Below are positions 56,182 to 64,000 of a stretch of 64,000 nt of DNA, piece by piece. This DNA comes from an uncultured Bacteroidaceae bacterium. Lineage in GTDB: Bacteria > Bacteroidota > Bacteroidia > Bacteroidales > Bacteroidaceae. Every line of letters starts with the position of its first letter. Position 1 is the first letter of the stretch. Where the stretch lies: positions 1,246 to 65,245 of the forward strand of contig CAJODY010000005.1 in NCBI GenBank assembly GCA_905233285.1. The letters are read 5' to 3'. The notes beneath the pieces are model-generated. The model was not told the DNA's origin, did no database searches, and saw only the letters and a program-made list of their open reading frames with translations. A program made the position numbers and the translations under genes.

Positions 56182-57204
56182 TCAGCCGATGATGAGCAGG
56201 GTTATCTTCACCACTGCAATGATAAAACAGAATCCTGTATTGATATTACGCATGGTGTACCAACGCAAGAGGTAATAGCGGTTTTCGGGTTCTATCTGTG
56301 CCCAGTTGTCCATCGGTCCGAGCCATCGGTGAGGATGTTCGGTAGGCACTTCCACTTTACGGGCAAACATAATCATAGCCCACATAACCCAAACTGCCTG
56401 AGGCAGCATGAGCAGGACGAAGGAATATGCCCAATGGATGTAACCCAGAACTACACAAAGCAACACTAACACAAAGGGCACGAAAAGGAAGAAGGCATAG
56501 GCTGAAAGTCCCCAGAAGTCGGTCTTCAGCAGGACTGCAAGAGTCTTCTTGTGTGAAACGTCATCGACATGGCGCTCTACAAAGGAATGGGTGTAGAGGA
56601 TATTGGTGACAAACATACCGATAGCACAACCCAATGCAAGGATATGCCACGCAAATCCATTCTCATCGGAATACAAACTGCCACACGCAGACTCATAGAC
56701 TCCGCAGAACAGACATGGACCGAAACAGATGCCGATGACAAGTTCGCCAAGTCCGTGGAATCCGAGTTTGAATGGCGGAGCAGAGTAAAAGTAGCACAAC
56801 ACGAAAGCTACGACAGCAATGACTGGAAGCCACCAGTCGAAATCACGAACTATCCATATCACAGCTCCACACATGGCTGCGATGCCGAAAAAGACGATGA
56901 TGGCACGACGCAACTGAGCCACAGTCGTGGAACCGTCTCTCATGTATGGGTATTTATCGGTAAAAGCCTGTTCCCCCTCCTTGCGCAGTTCTTCACGATA
57001 GGAAAGGAGTTCATCTTGCCAATCAAAATAGTCGTCGAGTAGGTTGCCACCAAGATGTACCATGCATACTCCAACAACAGCCAACAATCCCAGCAGGATA
57101 TTAAACCCAGGGACATCAAGCGCCAACACTACCGCTAGAATACTGGGCATCAGATTCTGGGGCGCTGCAAATGAGCGAGCATTGTACAGCCAACGCTTTA
57201 TCAT
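56182..57204 (-). CDS. UbiA-superfamily prenyltransferase, MenA-like but divergent
   Basis: About 9 TM helices. The first Asp-rich motif is GGNLLDDYFDW, followed by an approximately 35-aa insertion. The second motif is VERHVDDVSHKKTLAVLL. Confidence 0.75.
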   Translation of the reverse strand: MIKRWLYNARSFAAPQNLMPSILAVVLALDVPGFNILLGLLAVVGVCMVHLGGNLLDDYFDWQDELLSYREELRKEGEQAFTDKYPYMRDGSTTVAQLRRAIIVFFGIAAMCGAVIWIVRDFDWWLPVIAVVAFVLCYFYSAPPFKLGFHGLGELVIGICFGPCLFCGVYESACGSLYSDENGFAWHILALGCAIGMFVTNILYTHSFVERHVDDVSHKKTLAVLLKTDFWGLSAYAFFLFVPFVLVLLCVVLGYIHWAYSFVLLMLPQAVWVMWAMIMFARKVEVPTEHPHRWLGPMDNWAQIEPENRYYLLRWYTMRNINTGFCFIIAVVKITLLIIG

Positions 57205-57205
57205 G

Positions 57206-57394
57206 TTAAAGGAATTTATATGCCACCACTACGGCAAGACCCATGAGCACAGCAAGGATAAAAAGAGCTATCTTACCATACTTCTCGATGGCTTTGCGGC
57301 GGTCTATGGCAGCAAGACTAGTACGTTTGAACTTTGTTGCTCCATCTTCCTTGTGACGGTGGTGATGATGGTGATGTGTATGTTCGTCGGCCAT
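57206..57394 (-). CDS. Small tail-anchored membrane protein (62 aa) with a His-rich N-terminus
   Basis: MADEHTHHHHHHRHKED... and C-terminal TM IALFILAVLMGLAVVVAY. It sits 4 nt after wza and 1 nt before the UbiA gene. Confidence 0.5.
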   Translation of the reverse strand: MADEHTHHHHHHRHKEDGATKFKRTSLAAIDRRKAIEKYGKIALFILAVLMGLAVVVAYKFL

Positions 57395-57398
57395 AAAC

Positions 57399-58199
57399 TT
57401 ATTTCAAAATGTTATACATCAAAGAAGTGAGCGAAATGAGGATGCTGGTAGCCGTGAACCAAAGTGTGGTTGTCGTACCTACGGTTGAGTTACGTGCCTT
57501 TACTTTGTTTGGCTCTACATACACTACGTCGTTCTGTTGCAGATAGTAGTATGGACTATTGATGATATTAGCATCGTTAAGATTCAATACGTGGAATTCC
57601 TTCTTACCTGTTGCATCTTCACGGATGAGCTGAACCTTGTCACGAACTCCGTATATTGTAAGGTCACCAGCCTGAGCAAGTGCCTCGAGGATAGTAACCT
57701 TCTCACGTGACACCTGATAGCTACCTGGACGAGCTACTTCACCGATGACAGATATAGAGTAGCTTGACATACGCACAGTAACAATCGGATTCTCACTTTC
57801 TGCCATATAAGGACGTATCTTCTCCTCAATCATGTCTTCAGCCTCTTTCTTTGTGAGTCCGCCCACCTTGATGGAACCGATGATAGGGAATTTGATGTAT
57901 CCATCGTTATCAACGAGATAGCTCTGAAGCATTGGCTGTGAGTAAGTGGAACGTTGGTTCACCGAAAGTGCTGTAGGCACAATCATATTGAACGGTGCAG
58001 CCGCTTCGTCATTTGTGGTGCTAACCGTGATTGTCAACTGATCCTTCGGCATGATGCGGGCATCATAAAGGAAGCGCGACTGATCCAGGTTGATACTGTC
58101 GATATTCTGGAAATAGGCTACGTTCTTTGTGCTTCCACACGATGAAAGCAAAAGGGTAAGTACGAGCAATGTTGAAAAAACAAATGTGATTTTTTTCAT
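57399..58199 (-). CDS. Polysaccharide export outer-membrane lipoprotein (Wza/Poly_export family)
   Basis: Lipobox LLSSCG. IMPKDQLTITV, DGYIKFPIIGSIKVGGLTKKEAEDMI and an SLBB-like C-terminal part. The start was set at ATG 58199. Confidence 0.85.
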   Translation of the reverse strand: MKKITFVFSTLLVLTLLLSSCGSTKNVAYFQNIDSINLDQSRFLYDARIMPKDQLTITVSTTNDEAAAPFNMIVPTALSVNQRSTYSQPMLQSYLVDNDGYIKFPIIGSIKVGGLTKKEAEDMIEEKIRPYMAESENPIVTVRMSSYSISVIGEVARPGSYQVSREKVTILEALAQAGDLTIYGVRDKVQLIREDATGKKEFHVLNLNDANIINSPYYYLQQNDVVYVEPNKVKARNSTVGTTTTLWFTATSILISLTSLMYNILK

Positions 58200-58218
58200 A
58201 TCTGATGTGTTTTGTTTC

Positions 58219-58650
58219 TTATATCTGCCACCAACGGGTTTTCTTCGGTGGTTCGTATTGATCGAGAGATGTACGCGAAGCCTCATCGATAACGTCTTGC
58301 CAACTCATGCGTTCGCGAATCATACGGTAGATAGCCCCCCAATCGGGCAGACCGCCAAGGTTGCGATCGTCAATGAACATGTCAACTTTCAACTTCCGGG
58401 AGAAGTGAGGATTGTTGTCAGTTGTCTCTTCCGGATAGTCGCGGTTGACAGCATAGAATTCAACTCCACGATCGCGACACCACTCCACTGCTGCATCCAA
58501 CAACTCACCCTCACGGACACTCCAAAGTATAATCTGGTGTCCATCCTTGATAAGCATTTTCAGGGTGTCGGTTGCAAAAGGACGCTCCTGCCCTATCCGC
58601 GGGTATTTGTGTTCTACGATTGTTCCGTCAAAATCAACTGCTATAGTCAT
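58219..58650 (-). CDS. Small HAD-superfamily-like protein (capless, 143 aa)
   Basis: N-terminal DxD motif IAVDFDGTIV, and a late Asp pair in MFIDDRN. Confidence 0.5.
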   Translation of the reverse strand: MTIAVDFDGTIVEHKYPRIGQERPFATDTLKMLIKDGHQIILWSVREGELLDAAVEWCRDRGVEFYAVNRDYPEETTDNNPHFSRKLKVDMFIDDRNLGGLPDWGAIYRMIRERMSWQDVIDEASRTSLDQYEPPKKTRWWQI

Positions 58651-58668
58651 TTTGTCTGTCTTCCCGTT

Positions 58669-61215
58669 TTATTTCTTTATCGAGTTGTCGTCTTTATTTC
58701 CGTAGTGCGAATCGGCATAATTGCCATAGTTACCATAGTTGCCATAGCCACCATAACCGTAACGGCCGTAGCGACCATATCCATAGCGTCCGTAACCGTA
58801 ACGACCATACTTGCCATATTTGCCATAACCGTAGTAATAGCCATACTTCTTCTTCGACATATCAACACCGTTGAGCACCATACATACGTTTGGCAGTTGG
58901 TTCTGCTTCGAGAGGTTGTTGACCAAACCAATCTCTGACTTTGGAGTGTAGTCGGCACGGCATACGTAACAACATACGTTGGAATATTTAGCAACCTGGA
59001 GTGTATCGGTTACAAGTCCTACCGGTGCTGTATCCAATATGATGTAGTCGTATTCTGCCTTCAACAGTTCGATTACATCCTCCAGATTCTGACGAGCCAG
59101 AAGTTCGGTTGGGTTAGGAGGTGTAGGACCTGCAAGCAGAATATCAAGGTTCGGATTCACACCCGATGGGGTTATTTCCTCTTTCACGTCTTCTGCTGTC
59201 ACCTTACTCTTAGTAAGCAGAGTGGAAAGACCCAGTCGGCGATCCTTCAGGTTGAAGAGTTTTCCAAGTGCCGGTTTACGGATATCTGCTCCGCAAAGTA
59301 CCACTCTCTTGCCCAGCAATGCAAAAGAAACTGCGAGATTGGCTGCAAGGAAGGTCTTACCTTCACCGGATGTAGAGGAAGTAAACAATATCACTTTCTC
59401 GTCTTCCTTCATCATGAACAGGATATTGGTTCGCAGAGAACGGAATATTTCGTCTATCTGATTATTTTTGTTTGCCTGAACCACAATACCAGCCGACGAC
59501 TTCACGCTGTCGCTTGCAACAGGTATATCTGCTATGATAGGCAGTCTCGTAAGTGCTTCAAGGTCTTCATGTCCTTCAAGTCGGTAACTGAAGAAACGAA
59601 TCAGGAATATAATTAACATTGGAATACCGAAACCAAGGATAAGAGACATCATCATTATAATCATTGACTTTGGCTTCACCTTGCCAGCGTATGACGGATT
59701 ATCGATGAGACGTCCTTTGTCGGCAGTAGCTGCAAGTGAAATACTGTTTTCCTCACGCTTCTGCAGCAGCATCAGGTAAAGTCCTGACTTCACTTCCTGC
59801 TGACGACCAATCTCAGTAAGCACACGTTCCTGTTCCGGAGTATTGCCGATACGTCCCTGATACTTAGAGAATTCGTTCTGTAGGCCCTGACGCTGTATGT
59901 CTGCTGAACGACGTGCCTGAAGCAACGCTGTACGGATAGAACTCTGCAAGTCGTCGAGCGATGCTGTTATAGTCAGTACCTGCGGAGCATGTTCACTCGA
60001 ACCTCTCAACTTATGGTTGCGGTCAAGCACCAGCTTATTGTATTCAGCAATAAGACCTGTTGATGCGTTGTCACTCATACCCACATTTGAAGGGATAATC
60101 TTATAGTTGTTAGCAGGATTGTCAACGAACTCACGCAGATAGTCGAGAAGTTGAATCTGAGAATTCACCTCAGCCAACTTCGTAGCATACTGATTCGACA
60201 TTGTCAGCGACTGCGTTGCATCCATTTCGATGCGAGTCAAGGCATTCTGCTTCTTATATCTCTCAAGTGAACCTTCAGTAGTTCCCAGTTCTGCATTAAG
60301 TTTTTCAATACGGTCGTTGATAAACTCTTCAGTACGCAGTGCTATTTCGTTCTTATCGGCATTTGCCTGACGGTTATAACATATTGCAAGTTGGTTGAGG
60401 AAATCCATACCACGCTTTATGTCGTTATCCTTGACAGAAATCTGAGCAACGGAAGTCATCTTCGAAGTCGGAGCGACAGTCAACGCATTAAGATACTGAA
60501 TAGCCTTTATTTCAGGAGCCACTATAGAAACAAAATACTTATCATCGTCATTCATCTTATATTTTCCGTTGGCAGTAAACGATAGTTTACCATAACGAGT
60601 GTCGATGTAATAAGGTAGCTGCTTAAACGACTTGTCTATATCCTCAATCTCTGCTCCATTACGTATCAGCTTACCTTTTACGACATACGAACCCTCATTG
60701 CGAGTAATGACGAGACCTATGCTACGCGACTCCTCCATCATCAATATGTCAAAACTGTCCAAGCCAACAGAGTCAAGTTCCACGTTCACGGGCTGAGTTT
60801 CATAAACTTGCATTTTTGCGATTCTGCCTGCACGACGATAACTAGTATGGAGCTTCAAGTCCATTACCACATCGTGAATCAGTACACGCGATTGAATAAC
60901 CTCAATCTCGTTATCTATACCGGCCGAGTTACTCATAAAACCCAAGTCCTGCATATTGGAAAGCATACGGGCACTACTGCGTCTGTTGTTATCTTCATCC
61001 TTTATCAACATACGCGTCGTCAAATTGTATACGGGTTCCGTATAACGCAAATAAAGCATGGCCGCACACAGACAGATAAACATTGACAACACAAACCATT
61101 GCCAATTGATTATCAAGATAGAATAAATGTTCTGAAATGTAAACCAAGATTTGCCTTGTTCGTCGTCAATAAGCCCCTCCAATTCATCGATACTGATTTT
61201 CTTTTCGTCGCTCAT
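58669..61215 (-). CDS. Polysaccharide co-polymerase / tyrosine autokinase (Wzc/GumC-like)
   Basis: Wzz-type N-terminal TM plus a coiled periplasmic domain and a second TM. Walker A SSTSGEGKTFLAANLA and Walker B-like IILDTAPVG, followed by a Tyr-rich tail. Confidence 0.9.
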   Translation of the reverse strand: MSDEKKISIDELEGLIDDEQGKSWFTFQNIYSILIINWQWFVLSMFICLCAAMLYLRYTEPVYNLTTRMLIKDEDNNRRSSARMLSNMQDLGFMSNSAGIDNEIEVIQSRVLIHDVVMDLKLHTSYRRAGRIAKMQVYETQPVNVELDSVGLDSFDILMMEESRSIGLVITRNEGSYVVKGKLIRNGAEIEDIDKSFKQLPYYIDTRYGKLSFTANGKYKMNDDDKYFVSIVAPEIKAIQYLNALTVAPTSKMTSVAQISVKDNDIKRGMDFLNQLAICYNRQANADKNEIALRTEEFINDRIEKLNAELGTTEGSLERYKKQNALTRIEMDATQSLTMSNQYATKLAEVNSQIQLLDYLREFVDNPANNYKIIPSNVGMSDNASTGLIAEYNKLVLDRNHKLRGSSEHAPQVLTITASLDDLQSSIRTALLQARRSADIQRQGLQNEFSKYQGRIGNTPEQERVLTEIGRQQEVKSGLYLMLLQKREENSISLAATADKGRLIDNPSYAGKVKPKSMIIMMMSLILGFGIPMLIIFLIRFFSYRLEGHEDLEALTRLPIIADIPVASDSVKSSAGIVVQANKNNQIDEIFRSLRTNILFMMKEDEKVILFTSSTSGEGKTFLAANLAVSFALLGKRVVLCGADIRKPALGKLFNLKDRRLGLSTLLTKSKVTAEDVKEEITPSGVNPNLDILLAGPTPPNPTELLARQNLEDVIELLKAEYDYIILDTAPVGLVTDTLQVAKYSNVCCYVCRADYTPKSEIGLVNNLSKQNQLPNVCMVLNGVDMSKKKYGYYYGYGKYGKYGRYGYGRYGYGRYGRYGYGGYGNYGNYGNYADSHYGNKDDNSIKK
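58672..58845 (-). repeat. Coding low-complexity Tyr/Gly repeat (19 Tyr in 48 residues) at the Wzc C-terminus
   Basis: YGYYYGYGKYGKYGRYGYGRYGYGRYGRYGYGGYGNYGNYGNYADSHYG. The underlying DNA is a degenerate CCATA/CCGTA repeat. Confidence 0.9.
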
Positions 61216-61273
61216 AATAATAGTTTTTTCCTTGTTCTAAAAAATGTATAGTCATACTACACGAAATGCAGTG

Positions 61274-61281
61274 CAAAGGTA
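61274..61281 (-). promoter_or_regulatory. Candidate -7 box (TACCTTTG) for the wzc operon
   Basis: Matches TAnnTTTG on the - strand, 58 nt upstream of the ATG at 61215. Confidence 0.45.
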
Positions 61282-61308
61282 GGAATTTTATTATGAATAA
61301 AAACAAAA

Positions 61309-61354
61309 AAGTCTGGCATTTTTGCTTTAAGCTACATGCCAGACGTGAATTTTA
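61309..61354 (-). terminator. Intrinsic terminator of the upstream MscS gene
   Basis: GTCTGGCAT...ATGCCAGAC (9-bp stem), followed on the - strand by TTTTTTGTTTTT. Confidence 0.7.
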
Positions 61355-61384
61355 TTGAATTATCTGCACTAGAAAGCGGATTTT

Positions 61385-63142
61385 CTAGGATTTTTTCTCT
61401 TCTTGAGGAATCTGTGTCGGTAAGTTTGGACGAGTTGCAAAAATGCTAGGCGACATAATCTCCACACCCGCTCCGTGCATCGAGTCGAGTATATTGGAAT
61501 GTAGTGTAGAATAAACCCTTGGGAGAGTCTTATGCCGGTCGGTATATGCATTAATCTCGTATTCCACATAGAAATCATCAAGTGCCGACACGTTTACAAA
61601 GGGTTTCGGATGATGTTTTATACCCTCAGTCTTTTCTGCAGCTTGAATCAAAAGCGACTCAATCTTATCCCAAGGTTCATCATAGCCGATAGTTATCTTC
61701 GTATGCACTATAATTCCGTACTTACCCGCTGAGAAAGTATAATTACTGATTTGCGAACCCATAAGATTGGAGTTCGGTATGGTTACCAGTTCATTCTTTA
61801 ATGTTCGGATACGAGTCACAAGTATCGTACGCTCCACAACCTCACCCGTCGTATCTCCAAAACGCACGTAATCACCTACTCGGAACGGACGCATATATGT
61901 CATAACCAGACCAGCCATTATATTGCCGACTACCGAAGTAGATCCCAACGAAATAACCAAACCGATAAACACCGATACGCCCTGGAATACCTCTGACTCG
62001 GAACTTGGCAGCAGCGGCCAAATCATCACAAGCATAAACGAATAGAGCAGTATTCTCAAGACTGTAAAAGTAGGCATGGCCCAATCAGCATAAAATCCCG
62101 ATATCTTCAGCCTCTCATTTTCTATCTCAGTCGCAAAGTAACGTATCAGTTTGATAACATACCGGAAACACAATACAATAATGATAATCTGGAATAGGTT
62201 GGGAATATATGCCACAACTGCCCCAAAGATATGCTTTATCGGATTCCATACGTACCCAATAACAGTATAAATAAGTTCCTTTGTTTCGGGGAACATCGTA
62301 AAGAGCAGCGGAATACTGATTATCAGCTGTAACAGTATAATAAAAATGCGCAACAGATTGAGTACCACTATGGTAATAATACCCATCCGATGCATATCAA
62401 GCATCGTATAGTCTTTCATCTGCCAGGGTTTCAACCTCTTAAGCAACCTACGAGTCAGCCTACTCTTCCATCTACGGAACAGTTTTATAGTACCCCATAT
62501 CAACAGAACCTGAACGCAGATGATAAACAACGCCAAAGCTAAACCTTTAAGCCTTTGCTTCAGTCCGTATTCATCGTACAATTCTTGTATCTTAGTGTCC
62601 AGTAACTGTTTATATTTGATTACCAGTGTCTGTCTGTCAGTATCGTTCCACAAGGCATCCATATCAGTCACACTCAGCAGAACCTCATTTCCTATCATGA
62701 TGTCCGACTGCGTGTCACTCTCATATATATACACCGAATCAAGGAACATCGACATACTCTTACCTGCATCCACTATCTTGTCAGCAGCATCTTCGACACG
62801 GGCTTCAGGTAACAAACCACCTTTTCTGGCATAAATATAAAGCAACGTATCACCGTCAACAACGAGCGGCGCCCCGTTGGTCACTTTGCGAAGTGAGTCA
62901 ATACTGGCTTTCAGGGCTACTTGACGCAACGAATCCTCTTGAGCACCCTTATCGGAAAGGTCTATCTGCTCCTGCATGATGAGCTCACGCAACTGCATCT
63001 CCTTCATCTGCTGTTCGTACTGCAGTATTATAGAATCTTTCGCAGCAAGAACAGAGTCTCTTTGCATATCGGATATGGAGTCTTGCCCCCATACCGACAC
63101 GCAAAGGATTGTACACAATATGAAAAATGGAATTTTTCTCAT
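61385..63142 (-). CDS. Mechanosensitive ion channel, MscS family
   Basis: Signal peptide plus a coiled N-domain and TM helices. The core reads VGNIMAGLVMTYMRPFRVGDYVRFGDTTGEVVERTILVTRIRTLKNELVTIPNS. Confidence 0.85.
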   Translation of the reverse strand: MRKIPFFILCTILCVSVWGQDSISDMQRDSVLAAKDSIILQYEQQMKEMQLRELIMQEQIDLSDKGAQEDSLRQVALKASIDSLRKVTNGAPLVVDGDTLLYIYARKGGLLPEARVEDAADKIVDAGKSMSMFLDSVYIYESDTQSDIMIGNEVLLSVTDMDALWNDTDRQTLVIKYKQLLDTKIQELYDEYGLKQRLKGLALALFIICVQVLLIWGTIKLFRRWKSRLTRRLLKRLKPWQMKDYTMLDMHRMGIITIVVLNLLRIFIILLQLIISIPLLFTMFPETKELIYTVIGYVWNPIKHIFGAVVAYIPNLFQIIIIVLCFRYVIKLIRYFATEIENERLKISGFYADWAMPTFTVLRILLYSFMLVMIWPLLPSSESEVFQGVSVFIGLVISLGSTSVVGNIMAGLVMTYMRPFRVGDYVRFGDTTGEVVERTILVTRIRTLKNELVTIPNSNLMGSQISNYTFSAGKYGIIVHTKITIGYDEPWDKIESLLIQAAEKTEGIKHHPKPFVNVSALDDFYVEYEINAYTDRHKTLPRVYSTLHSNILDSMHGAGVEIMSPSIFATRPNLPTQIPQEEKKS

Positions 63143-63176
63143 CTCATTGTCACATCAATTAGTCCATCAATCCCTC

Positions 63177-64000
63177 TTACTCGTATTCCTGCCAGCTCTT
63201 AATCTGCAGGTCTTTCAGACTCTTTTCGCAGAAGGCTTCGATAAAGGCAGAAGCCAGACGGGCATTTGTGATAAGTGGGATGTTATGGTCGATAGCTCCA
63301 CGACGAATGCGATAACCGTTAGTAAGCTCGCGCTTCGAGTGGTTCTTCGGAATATTAACGATAAGGTCAAACTTATGGTCAGCAATCATCTGCATTACGT
63401 TCGGCTTGTCGCTGTTCTCCTCGTCTGGCCATGCCACAGCAGTGGCAGGAGCACCATTGTCGTTCAGGAACTTAGCCGTACCTTCCGATGCATAGATGGT
63501 ATAACCATTGCGAACCAGTGCACGTGCAGCGTCAAGCATAGCCACTTTCTCCTTGGTTTCACCCGAAGAAATCATGATAGCCTTATCCTTCGACGGAATC
63601 TTGTATCCGGTTGCAATCATAGAATTAAGCAGAGCCTCCTCATACGAGTCACCCATACAACCTACTTCACCTGTAGAACTCATATCTACTCCGAGCACAG
63701 GGTCAGCATTCTGCAGACGAGCAAATGAGAACTGACTTGCCTTTACTCCCATGCGGTCGATATCGAACTCGCTCTTGTCCGGCTTTGAATACGGAGCATC
63801 AAGCATGATACGCGTAGCAGTCTCAATGAAGTTGCGCTTCAGTACCTTACTTACGAATGGGAACGAACGGGAAGCACGCAAGTTACACTCGATGACCTTC
63901 ACATCCCTACCCTTAGCCAGATACTGGATATTGAACGGACCCGAGATATTCAGTTCCTTGGCAATTGCACGGCTTATCTTCTTAATCTGACGTACAGTAG
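63177..64000 (-). CDS. carB: Carbamoyl-phosphate synthase large subunit, C-terminal part (partial, continues past the window edge)
   Basis: GPFNIQYLAKGRDVKVIECNLRASRSFPFVSK and the MGS-like domain KAIMISSGETKEKVAMLDAARALVRNGYTIYASEGTAKFL. Hand translation shows the frame stays open to position 64000. Confidence 0.9.
   Translation of the reverse strand, partial: TVRQIKKISRAIAKELNISGPFNIQYLAKGRDVKVIECNLRASRSFPFVSKVLKRNFIETATRIMLDAPYSKPDKSEFDIDRMGVKASQFSFARLQNADPVLGVDMSSTGEVGCMGDSYEEALLNSMIATGYKIPSKDKAIMISSGETKEKVAMLDAARALVRNGYTIYASEGTAKFLNDNGAPATAVAWPDEENSDKPNVMQMIADHKFDLIVNIPKNHSKRELTNGYRIRRGAIDHNIPLITNARLASAFIEAFCEKSLKDLQIKSWQEYE

Noticed and set aside
57343-57394. The His6 run (HHHHHH) as a cloning-vector affinity tag or contamination
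   Set aside because: The run uses mixed CAT/CAC codons within an otherwise native-looking, translationally coupled operon. No vector-like sequence (linker, protease site, multiple cloning site) flanks it.
58129-58938. 269-aa + strand ORF spanning wza, the HAD-like gene and the wzc tail
   Set aside because: It crosses three well-supported minus-strand genes. Part of its sequence is the complement of the Tyr/Gly repeat (…IAIVTIVAIATITV…).
62976-63728. 250-aa + strand ORF across the MscS/carB junction
   Set aside because: It is antisense to two recognisable genes and their intergenic spacer.

Overview
This 64-kb window looks like a chromosomal segment of a Bacteroidota genome, probably Prevotella/Segatella-like. 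The supporting signs are TAnnTTTG -7 promoter boxes upstream of many genes, a T9SS C-terminal sorting domain, many SpII-type lipoproteins, and a Rho with a long low-complexity insertion. I call 46 protein-coding genes, one of them partial, and found no rRNA, tRNA, CRISPR array, transposase or integrase.

Gene content is mostly housekeeping and envelope functions:
- Core genes: hppA, rfbA, engB, rho, coaX and the 3' end of carB.
- Ion and solute transporters: CPA2, CaCA, SSS, BASS and two MscS-family channels.
- An RND efflux operon (MFP-RND-OMF) with a patatin gene overlapping the OMF stop.
- Glycan genes: GH28, a beta-helix carbohydrate-binding lipoprotein, and a GH2 with the glucuronidase N-x-K motif.
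- A PI-PLC lipoprotein, and a 1334-aa T9SS cargo protein.
- An alpha-2-macroglobulin gene split by an apparent frameshift.

The items I would look at first:
1. A tightly packed seven-gene minus-strand operon (52962-61215). It joins a Wzc-HAD-Wza export module to an uncharacterised trio (a His-rich tail-anchored mini-protein, a MenA-like UbiA prenyltransferase and an HpnH/SPASM-like radical SAM enzyme) and to a putative glycoside hydrolase.
2. A 15-nt motif repeated four times at exactly 21-nt spacing, inside an orphan promoter-plus-terminator unit at 38211-38364.
3. A second orphan promoter/terminator pair at 33130-33206, a candidate sRNA.
4. Stop-to-start intergenic spacers built entirely from 7-nt tandem repeats that carry a stop codon in every unit.

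All functional calls come from motif recognition by eye. No database search was run.
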